From Octopus vulgaris (lineage: Eukaryota), in contig OX597815.1 in the NCBI GenBank assembly GCA_951406725.2, forward strand, positions 68,882,001 through 68,946,000: DNA of 64,000 nt, read 5' to 3'. Shown here piece after piece: positions 53,191-64,000 of this stretch. Numbering within the stretch: position 1 is the first letter of the stretch; each line of letters begins with the position of its first letter. Under the pieces are notes generated by a model. The model did no database searches and was not told the origin of the DNA. It saw nothing but the letters and a program-made list of their open reading frames with translations. A program made the translations under genes and the position numbers.

Positions 53191-54506
53191 AGTTTGACAT
53201 GTAGATGCTCTTCCTATCACCAACCACCCTTCAGAGTGTTCTGGGTACATTGTTTTTCATGGCACCTGCACTACAGGGATTGTCCTGTTATCAGTGTTTA
53301 CATTGTCTCTACTTATTTGCCAACCACTGAAAATTTTATTTTACTTGAGAAATATAGACTTGGATACAAAAGTAAGTTTGTTCAATTGTTTAATTATAAT
53401 AGTTGCTGTGTCACAGCAGTAATGTGTGTGTGCTTCTAAGTTGAGTTATAGCCTTGGTAATTATCGTTTCAGTTCAAGTTTTAATACATTTAATTAAACA
53501 TTTGGAAGAACTGAAACTTTTTAAAAACACTTGAAGATGATAGAATTCCATGTTATGGATGTGTAGGGGTGGGGTGGGTGTTTGATTGTTCGGCTGTGGA
53601 CAGTCATGTTACAGTTATTTCCCCTGTGAATGGGTTCTCTGCTGGTTTTATGCCTTTGAAGACATGTGGAATACATCTCGACGTGTAGAATTCCTTAGTT
53701 GAAAAACAGCTAAGGGTTAGAAACAGCTGTAAAACAATATCTCAGTAATGCATTCATATAACTCATGCTAGTATGGAAAACTGGCGTAAAAACAAATGAA
53801 TGCTGTGTGTGTGTGTGTGTGTGTGTTCATGTGCTTTGACGATATATAGAATAAGAAATTTCTTACTCGAAAAATAGGTAAGGATTAGAGACAAGAAGGG
53901 CATCCAGTTTTAAAACAATATCTCTATAATATATTTCTCTGACCCATACTGGTTCGGAAAAACAGATGTAAAAACAAATGAGTATAGTTTTTTTTTTTCA
54001 TTGAATGTTTTCTTTCCTGATTTATAAAGTGAATGAATGATTGTAATCATTTTACCTAATTCTGAATATTTGCAGTAGATTTATAAACCAAGTCACAACT
54101 AGGAAAAACATGTCTTAGATCAGATATTTTAATTTCACAATTTAATTCTCATTATAATGGTATTTCTTCATATCCATCCATTGTTTCATCCATTCACCCT
54201 TCTGTTTATCTAGTCCATCTGTTCATCCATCCATCTATCCATTCATCCATTTGTCCATCCGTCCGTCCATCCATCCATCCATCCATCTGTCCATCAATGC
54301 ATGCATTCATCCATTTGTCCATTTATCCCACTGTCCATCCATTCAGCCTGTCTGTATATCTCTATATTTCTCTTTCTTACTTTATACTCTTTTTTCTTCT
54401 TTAAACTGTTACCATCAGGTCCAATGTAGCCAGCTTCAAATATGGTGAAATTTCTAGAGAAATTTTTGGATACTGATGATGTGCCAAGCATCACTTTGAC
54501 CTAAAG

Positions 54507-54536
54507 ATGCTACCCTGGTCACCCTATCTGGAGCAG
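54507..54536 (+). CDS. candidate alternative first coding segment (MLPWSPYLEQ) in exon 54419-54536
   Basis: Pyrimidine tract and CAG acceptor at 54418; AAGATG start after in-frame stops; donor CAG|GTTAGT in phase 0. Confidence 0.42.
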
Positions 54537-54659
54537 GTTAGTTGCTACTGCACCTGACTGATCTTCTAAGGATGGGTCTTCCAATCAATAATCGTTATTT
54601 TAAAATTTTGACCCTGCTTTTGTGTTGCTTTCATTTTACTGATATTTTTTATTGTTTAT

Positions 54660-55030
54660 CTTTTACTTGTTTCAATCTATGCATTGTGGCCATGCTGAGG
54701 TATTGCCTTGGAAGATTTGGTGGAACAAATTGGCCTCAGTACTCATTTTTTAAGTCTAATGCTTATTCTATTGGTCTCTTTTGCTGAACTGCTAAGTTAG
54801 GGGGACATAAAAAACCCAACACAAGTCAAGTGGTGGCAGTGGGGACAAACACAAACATGCATACACATGCTCACAGACATATTCACACAATTTCTGTCTC
54901 AGAAATTCACTCACAAGGCATTGACCAGCCCATGGCTATAATAGAAGACATTTGCCCAAGGGCATACAGTGGGACGGGATCTAAAACCATGTGGTTACAA
55001 AGGTAGCTTCTTAACTGAATATCCATGCCT
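54660..55030 (-). mobile_element. SINE family 1, diverged
   Basis: Reverse-complement similarity; a further head fragment lies at 55345-55502. Confidence 0.7.
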
Positions 55031-55298
55031 TTGCCTGCTGTAGAAACCATGCCAAATCAAACTGGAACCTGGTGCAGCTGTCTGGCTTATCAGTTCCAGT
55101 CAAACCATCTAACCCATGCCAGCATGGAAAGCAGACATTAAATGATGATGATACACACACGCACACACACAAGTAAGCACATAAATGCAGAAAAAGATGG
55201 AAAAAATAATACTCGAATACCAAAGGTAGAGTAATATCTTTTTATTAAAGCCCCAAAAAATCTTCACAAACTGTTGCTCAGAGTTTCCTGTTACAGTT

Positions 55299-55344
<46 letters not shown>

Positions 55345-56254
55345 GGGATTTGTTCTGTTTCCATTAACCAAATCCACTCACAAAGCATTGATTGGTCTGG
55401 AGCTATAGTAGAAAACATTTGCATCAGGTGCTGTGCTGTGGGACTGAACTCATAACCATGTAGCTTCAAAGCAAGCTTCTTAACCACACAGCTATGCCTG
55501 CACCAGTGTTTGATGAGGAATTTCTAAGTAACCAGTACATAGAGAATATGGTGTGGAAATCTGGCATTTTACAACCCAGTTATTATTGTCAAGTAGTTTC
55601 ATGCTAGGTATCATAATTTTAGTTTGTTACGGTTTGTGTCGTGTCATAGTTATTTCACTGTCTTATTCTGGAATCTGTATAGAATTGTTATGTTTTGTTG
55701 TGTTGCTAGTATAGAATTATAGTTATGTTATGTTGTTAACCTACTTCTCATTGTTGAGTGCAGTATATCATGCAGATCAGTAGCTACTAGACGATAACAA
55801 ATTCCAGAGAATATTACAAACATATCAGTCTGTAGTACTGTCCCTATTCTCTTATATTTATCTTGTACTTTGAAGGTGTGTCTTCACCATCTCTCTCTCT
55901 CTCTCTCCAGCTGAAGAAGCCATGTATTCACTTCTTCAGCAGGTCTCCTGTTCCTGTCTCTCTGTTCATATTCTCATATCCTTCAGTACTATATTCCACT
56001 CATGTGAGGGGACCTGTCTTGTGAATTACTTGGCAACCTCACTGGTGCTGGTGCCCAGTACAAGAAAGCACCCACTACATTCTGTTAAGTGGCTTGTGTC
56101 AGTAAGAGTATCCAACTTTAGAAACTATACCAAAGCAGATATTGGAGCTTTGCATTGTCTTCTGGCTCATTGGTCCCTGTTGAACCATTCAAACTATGCC
56201 AGTATGAAAACTTATATATATATATGTATATATTTATATATATATATATGTATA

Positions 56255-56305
<51 letters not shown>

Positions 56306-56450
56306 AATATGAGTGGTTTAATTCACTCATGATCTAAACCAATTGGTACACTGCGTAAGTGCTATATTTGGTCATCCATTCGGTTCCAAGTTCACAGCTG
56401 AGGCTGGAGCTAGGGATCTGTAGTAGGCTTCTGAGTCAGCAGGTACATAT

Positions 56451-56794
56451 TTAAAGGAAAAGGAAAAGAAAACCAAGGCAGAGCAAGTATCTCAGGTCAT
56501 TTAGAATATGTAATTAAAGCAAGGTGAATCAGACATGGAGAAGCAGAAGTAATTAATGCCTTATAGCTATTTCTAGGATATCCCAAGTGATGGGTCAACA
56601 TCTCCATACACTGGGAATACCTTGAAATACCCAGTGTATGGAAATGTTGACCCATCATCTGGGATATCCTAGAGACAACAGTGTAACATTAATTACTTCT
56701 ACCTCTCCATTTTTGATTCACCTTACTCTAATTAAATATTCTAAATGACCTGAAATATTCATCCTGTCTTGGTTTTGTTTTCCTTGTCCTTTAA
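56451..56794. repeat. ~165 bp-arm fold-back inverted repeat abutting a TA-rich microsatellite
   Basis: Arms at 56451-56615 and 56630-56794; minus strand retains GAAA-U-AGCU-AUA. Confidence 0.9.
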
Positions 56795-56846
56795 TATATG
56801 TATGTATATGTATATATGTATGCATATATGTATGTAAGTATATATT

Positions 56847-56881
<35 letters not shown>

Positions 56882-57388
56882 ATGTGTGTATATATATATA
56901 TGTATGTATATATGTATGTATGTATGTGTGTATATATATGTGTATATATGTATATATATGTATGTATGTGTGTATATATATGTAACTGTTAACGTAACTT
57001 AGTTTACTTTAAAGTATGGATGACTTAAGTTTACTTTTAACCTCCCCATTCTTATAAACACCAAGTTGATAAATAACTCGCTTTGTGATCATGAGCGCAC
57101 CAAACCTCATGTGTGTGTATGCTCACATTTTTGTGGATGCTTGTATGAGTGAGTGAGTGTACTTGCACCATGCAGCTTGCCCAAGGGTGTTTATACATCC
57201 ATACCTGTTAATGGTTATTTTTAATACTTTTCTTGCTTGATTGTGCATTTGTTTCTCTTCTTGTCATCCGTGATTTTATTTTTGATCATCTATATAAATG
57301 AAGATCTTTCCTACTTCTGGCTACTTTTCTCTCTACAAAATGGAAAGTTACATTGTAGAACAATCATTTTAACGAGTTGTATTTATCT

Positions 57389-57478
57389 ATCACCTAACGA
57401 GATATATCTGACCCACTGGATGCTCCTGAACCAGTTGTTGAATGTCCCACCTTGATGTGTCGAAACAATTGTTGTGAT
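57389..57478 (+). ncRNA. type I hammerhead ribozyme with G5A core mutation
   Basis: Stem I AUCAC/GUGAU; CUAACGA; stem II GAUAUAUC/GAUGUGUC; GAAA-C-AAUU-GUU. Confidence 0.72.
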
Positions 57479-60400
57479 TAATAATAAATTCTTGTATATT
57501 CTATCTTCTGTCTTTCATTTGCTATATATACATATGTATATACATACTCACACACACACACACATATGTGTATATATATTATATAAACATTTGTTTTTAT
57601 ACTACTCTTACACTTTGCACATTATCCCTCTGCTTTCTGATCTGTTCTCCTTTCTGATCCACTTTTATCCAAACTGAACTTCCACCTCTGTTCATCACTC
57701 CCTAAATTCACCTGTACATCCATTTCTATCTATCAGTTACTCTCCCCTCACACCACCTTCATGTACCTTGGAATGCTCTGTTATTTAGTCACCGCCATCT
57801 CTATCTTCTTTCCAGCTACTCCCGCCTACCTCTATATAATGCAAGGTAGCCGTGTATCTCCTCTATAGTAAAATTCCTGGGTTGCCCTCCTTCATACATT
57901 TTAGTCCCTCAATGCTTGGCATACATACAACCACCACCCAACTCTCAATATTTCTCCTTCCTACTTATTTGAAGGTATATTTTTCTTTTTTTCTTTTTCT
58001 ATATCCTTCTATTGTACTTTTTTGTCTTGCATGTAATCTGGCAACCTCACTAATGCTGGTTACAAAAAAGCATCCTGTATACACTGTGAAGTAGTTGGCA
58101 TTAAGAAGGGCATCCAGCTGTAGAATCCATGCCAAACGTGACACCGAAGTTCATGCATGCACACACACACAAATCATCAATTTGATGCCCATCTTCTGTG
58201 CACAGTTTGGATGGTTTGACAGGATCCAGTGAGCAGCAGGCTTGTGTCAAGTTCCAATGTTTGCTTTGGCATAGTTTCTAGGGTTGGATACCCTACCTGA
58301 CAGTAACCACATTACAGAGTGTACCAGGTGCTTTTTTTCTGCACGACAGGATTCTTTCAGTTTCCACTCACAAGGCTTTGATTGTCCTAGAGCTATAGTA
58401 GAAGACACTTGCTCAAGGTGCCTTGGAGTGGTTGGGAAACAATCTTCTTAAACACACAGCCATGATTTTGCCTATTACAAATATAATAATTGGAGCAGTT
58501 GGTATGCTGGTGTGGTTGTTATGTTCAGGGTATTTCTGTTTTCAATGGAGTCAAGTAGATTCATTGAAACTACCAGAATTTCAAGTGATTATAATTACTT
58601 GATAGCAGTGTGTGTGTGTGTTGGGCTGCATGTGTGTGTTTGATTTTGAGTGTGCACAACTGTGTGTCAGTTTATGTTTGTGTTTTGTGTGCATGTGAGT
58701 GTGTTTGTGTATGTGTGTGCATGTGTATGTGATACGAGCTGTACCATGACAAACTATTTAAACATAAGAAAAGAAAATGGTGAATTACTGTAAAGCTATC
58801 TCAGCTTCCTCTTTTCTTGACATAGAAACCTTTAAACTGAAATTGCCAATTTATATGTTGAATAATAATAATAATAATTTTCTTTATTCATTTAATAATA
58901 ATTTCTTGTGATGATGAAGAGGATGATAGTGGTGAAGATGATGATGGTGGCAGTAGTAGTGGCAGTGATAATTGTGATGATGATAATGATGACGATGATG
59001 ATAATATTTTTATTCTTTTAATATTAATGATTTCTCATGATAATAATGGTGGTGGTGTTGGTGGTAGTGATGATGATGACGACAATTATTATTATTATAT
59101 CATGAAGATGAGGGACAAAGTACTTAGTGTTATTGCTTCCAGCTTTAAGTTCTGAGTTCAAATTCTGCTGAGGTCAATTTTGCCTTTCATCCTTTCAAGG
59201 TTGATGAAATAAGTATGAGTTGAACACAAGGTTTGATGTAATAGACAAGACCCCCAACCCTAAAATATCAGCTTTTGCACCTACTGTAGAAAGAAGTATT
59301 ATTATCAGGCAGTTTTTATGTGTCCAGTAGCAATAGCAAAAGGGATTGTATGGTGATCAAAGGGGCTGAAGACAAACACCTTCCTCTTTGGCAAATCCCT
59401 CATCAATTTCTTCAAGTTTCACTTGAAGATGAAAATAAGAATGGAGAGAGAAGTGTTGCCTTCCAGCCATTGTTGAAAGGTGGATGAAAGTGTCGAGCAT
59501 GGTGCAAGTGAATGGGCCCGCCCTGAGCATGCATCTGTAAATTGGGGATAAGGAACTGAGAAAAGGCACCTGCTCTATAAGTCAGGGCATCTGTGGTTTT
59601 ATGGGATTTTTCCATGAGCAGCTCTCAAACACCTCCTCCTTAATGAAGAATACTCATTATTAAAATTTTATTACACTTTTATGTGCAAACCCCTCTCAAC
59701 AACATATACTCATAGTCACACATTCAGTGTTCTGTTCTGTGCCATCCTTAATGTTTTTCTTAATATAAACCTTTATGGTTTATTTTATATTATTATTATT
59801 ATTATTATTATTATTGTTGTTGTTGTTGTTGTTATTGTTATTATCTCACTTCATCTGAAGCTTCTGTGGCAATAAATACAGTTATTACTATTATTGTTGC
59901 TGTTGTTGTTACAACTATAACGCTTCTTTGCTTTGGTATATATTTATATGGTAAGTAGAAAGGAATAATATATTTCTATGTTCAAGTGATACTCAGAAAC
60001 TAAAAATGTCAAGAGATTGTTTGACTTGAGAATGACCTAACTCTAGCCATTCTCACATTGTTTTTTTTTCCTTCCCTTTTCTTTTTTTTTTATCATGTCA
60101 TGTCACAGAGATAAGTTGGTTGACCATCTTCCTTTTCTTTACCAGACAAAAGTGTCTTTAAGAATGTTGTTTGGTTAATAGCCATGGTAACAAAATTGCA
60201 AGCAGGTAATGAAATAAAATCAGGCAGGTAATGAAATAATCAGATAAAATTCTTCAGGATAGCTTCCTTGTTTATTCACAGATCTGATATTTATCCTGTT
60301 GAATTTGTGACTATGCTTCTCTTGTACAGATAGTTGGTGCTTTTGGCAGGTTTCTTCTTTTTTTTATCTTGTGAGTTATTTGGTGATGTCACTCTACTTA

Positions 60401-62518
60401 GAATCATTGCCCCTCCCCCTTCTCTCTCAGTTATAAGGGCCACTTTAGGCCCTTAGTCTTGTATCATACAAGTTGATCTTTATTAGTGCTGGTATCATGA
60501 GAAAAGCATGCAGTTCACACTGTAAAGTGATTAATATTAGGAACGGCATCCAGCTGTTGAAACCATGTCAAAGCTAACATTGAAACTCAATGCAGTCCTC
60601 CAGCTCATCGGATCCTGTTAAACCTTCCAGCCTAAGTGTGTGTGGACAATGAACATTAAGTGACTCCTCCTCCCACCATTAAAACACTTTGCAAGAAGCT
60701 GTTTAATATTCTTCATTGCTGCTTAAATCCCCTCTGTGGCCAACAACATTGTTTATATTTCTACACTAAACTTTATTTCAACTTGCCTTGCTTTGGGGTC
60801 CTCAACTCCTTGTGGAGTCATAAGGGTGTCATCATGACATATTGTATGTCTTGAACATGATTCAGACATAATGGAACCTGTCCTGATGCAGATTTGACCA
60901 CAACTGATTTCTTTCAGAGAGAGAGAGAGAGAGAGAGAGAGTGAGAGAGAAAGAGAGAGAGATGAATAGAAAGATCAGAATCTACTCCAGTACATGACTG
61001 GTACTTTAGTTATTAACTGTGAAAGGATGGAAGGCAAAGTTGACCTCAGCTGAATGTAGAGAGAGAGAGAACAAACATTTCAGGACAATCTATTCAACAA
61101 ATTTGCTGCTTTAAACTCTAAATGATGCAGCTGATGACATTCTGCCAGGTGACACATATCTGAAACAGTAGCCAGGCCAACAAGGAAGCTTCTGTTTGGT
61201 TCCTCAACCTGTTACAAAGCAGGAACCAAATCTTCAAATTTTGATACACCAGCACTAGTGAGGTCACCAAGTAGCTTGCAAGACAAAAAAAAAAGTTGCC
61301 AAGAACACCATGTCTATATTAGAAAATGACACATTAGATAATGTCATTGGTGCATGCAGTTAGGAAAATGATCATAGGTTCAATGATCAATACTTTTGGT
61401 CATAGCTTTGCTCTACTAAAAAGCAATGGTAACAACTCTAAGAGAATTGTGAAATCCTTGCAACACTCCAGGTCCAGGAAGATCTAAAAACTGAAGATGA
61501 CCCCAGCAAGATTTGAACTAAAAATGTGGCTGTACAAAACTAAATGCTGTATCACATTGTATCTGTTAATTACAAAAACCATAGTTCTGTTCTGTTCTTA
61601 GGTGTTATCTGCTCTCAGCTGGTTGAATATCAAGGATACCCAATTAGGTTGTCTAAGATCCGTGTTTTACAATGGATGATACAATTATGCACATGGTGGG
61701 GTCCCAATCCCTTCCATGGAGATTGACCACAAGTCCGTAATTTGTCAAGAGAATGTCCTAGATGTACCACACATCTTGCTGTTATGTCTTATGAGCCATT
61801 AACCATATTGGGTTTAGCCACTTCGGTTTTTGTGCACTTGTGGATGCAATTCTTCCAAGATTGCTGATATCTTCTACTTAGTTTTGCTCACCAGCCAAAG
61901 TGAATTACTGTAGTGTAGCCATCAGTGTGTGCTACCAATCTGTTGGAGCCATAAGTGAGAGCTGTGAAGTAGTTGGAGACCAGTGCTTCTGTCCACATCT
62001 GAAGATATGCAACTGACAAGTATAATTAGTTGGCAGTGAATTGGCAGAGTTGTTAAAATGTGAATATAATATTTCTTCTGGCTTTCAGTGATCTGAGCTC
62101 AAAACTCACCGAGGCTTGACTTTGTCTTTTAACCTTTCAGGGTTTAATAAAAAATATATACCAGTCCTTTGGGTGGGTGAGGCTGTGAAATGGTGGAACT
62201 GTCAGAAGTTTAGTAAAGATGTAGTATCTCTTACAGTTGTCTGAATTCTGACAGCAATGTGTATGATGACTCTGGAGCCAAACTGTTCTGGTCAAAGTCA
62301 GTGGTGTTTCCTTTGGATAAATATCAGTGGTGTGGAGGAGAGGAGACTTGCATTTATGGGTAACTGCCAGTCTTCATAAAAAAACTTAAAAACTTTTACG
62401 CAGGCCTGTTCATAGATGTAGAAGCCTACATAAATAATTATTAGATAAATTGATAAAGTATGAATGAGTATAAGGGTTGAATACTATAAGGACTACAAAC
62501 TAATGAAGGAATACTTAA

Positions 62519-62826
62519 CCCTTTAGCATTCAGATTACTTTGTCAAGTGTAATAGACTCAAATTCCATTGAGGTGGACTTTGCCTTTCATCCTTTCTTGG
62601 GTTCAGTATATATGGATGTATATATATATATATATATGTTTGTGTCTTTATTTATATTGTTTTGAATTAATCTTGTATTATCTTGTAGCTTTGAGATTTT
62701 GTTGATGTAATTGTATCTTTTTAAAATGACATTGTAGAGTAGGTATGAGAGGCCAGATCTGGCTGTTTGAATATAAAATAGGTAGAACATTTTGATTGGA
62801 TATGGCTGATTTAAATACTAAAGGGG
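62519..62826 (+). mobile_element. P2 MITE interrupted by a SINE fragment and microsatellite
   Basis: TTAA|ccctttagcattcagatt ... ttaaatactaaaggg. Confidence 0.7.
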
Positions 62827-63867
62827 TAGAAATAGCAGCAATGTCTCCCTTAACTCACTCCTCTCTCTTCTGTTAAAAAAAAATATGAAGGTTGTATTTG
62901 GTAATGTCATTCAAGATAAATCATCTTCAAAGAGAAAAAAAATTATAAGCTTATTGTATACAGAGTTCAGGTGTACAACAACTCATCAGAAACGATGTAA
63001 AAGAGGACAGAAAGCAAAGATGTAAGTAAAATGGAGAATAGGTAAAATTGGATATTGAGACATTATATCTATGATCTTGTGGAAATACATAGCATGGCCT
63101 ATAGCTTACAGACACAGTGTAAATAGTTCAGTGAGTGAGTAGACACACAATATGGCCTATCTGAACAGTGCACAGGTGAAGTCAGTTGATATAAACAGAA
63201 GGAATTACTTAATAGATTTATAGACACAGTAGAAAGTTCACTATCTCTAACAGCAAATAAACTGATAAAAAAAGTCAACCTGGGTTGGTTACATAATGTG
63301 TCTAAAGAATATAAAATGCACAAAATAGGAGCACCATCGATAAGTTTCTCTTCAATGGTGTTAGTTCTGCTGTTCATAAAAGTTTGATAGTTTTCAATCC
63401 AAATTCCTTTCATGTCATGTGTTGTACACTAGGGCAACAGTGTACATAGTTTAAATGTCTCAGTTCTCTTTAAACTGTTTGTAATAGCTATAAGATCTTC
63501 TGGGAATGTTGTCTGTGATAAACACCTGGATAAAGTGCCAGTTTATTTACCAACTGCTTTATGTCATGAAAAAGAGCTAAGCATACTATATATTTAACTA
63601 TGTACGTGATATATTTGATATATAACTGCAAAACACAGACACAGACATACACACACACACACACACACACACACGTTAAAAACAATAAATGCACAAGCAA
63701 ATGGGAAACAGACACAGAAGGTTGCCAACTCCTCATCAATTATCAGTCAAATGAAATTTTGTGCCTTATCAATATATATATATATATTGAAAAATAGGAT
63801 AAAATCTTTATAAGAATTTATCAAATAGTTAGTGTGAAAAACCTCATAAGGGAAAAATCCATGAATT

Positions 63868-64000
63868 ATTCCTCTTAAATATATTTACTTATATTAAGGG
63901 CATTACTATACATAAATGCCTCATACATTAATGTTTATTTATTATGGTAGTTTTGACTAGTATAATGCCCTTAATATAAGTAAATATATTTAAGAGGAAT
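63868..64000. repeat. inverted repeat with perfect 38 bp arms, cut by the window end
   Basis: 63868-63905 versus 63963-64000. Confidence 0.9.

Noticed and set aside
53720-53732. GAAACAGCTGTA, matching an HHR 3' half
   Set aside because: Explained by an internal deletion in a common repeat (compare 53880-53915); no upstream core.
54474-54482. In-frame TGA-TGA-TGT as possible selenocysteine or edited stops
   Set aside because: No SECIS or homology evidence; simpler as 5' UTR stops upstream of ATG 54507.
60184-60240. GCCATGG start with duplicated GCAG|GTAATG donors
   Set aside because: Phases 1 and 2 do not fit the phase-0 set; a short local duplication explains the twin donors.
63099-63413. 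104 aa minus-strand ORF
   Set aside because: No recognisable domain or convincing splice signals.

Overview
AT-rich eukaryotic DNA, dense in microsatellites and repeats. The mix of (TA)n/(CA)n/(ATG)n tracts, tRNA/CORE-type SINEs and RTE LINEs points to an octopus (coleoid cephalopod) genome; this is inferred from recalled repeat families, not from a database search. No complete host gene is present, and almost all ORFs in the track are microsatellite or SINE artefacts. Real coding content is a 5'-truncated, frameshifted RTE-clade LINE (13163-15656), older RTE fragments and a mariner transposase fragment. Non-autonomous elements include Helitrons, piggyBac-like and Tc1/mariner MITEs and several SINE families. 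Three or four short + strand ATG-to-donor segments, all ending in phase 0, look like alternative first coding exons of a large gene. The most notable signal is a dispersed set of type I hammerhead ribozyme (HHR) motifs. Three have intact cores (27587 +, 51124 +, 22698 -), one is a single core mutant (57389 +), several are degenerate, and one family has four copies with a non-canonical core. Most have palindromic stem III loops, lie in short elements next to (TA)n tracts, and several sit in long fold-back inverted repeats. This is the architecture of Penelope-like element terminal repeats. Local templated insertions and a 1.1 kb duplication are also present.
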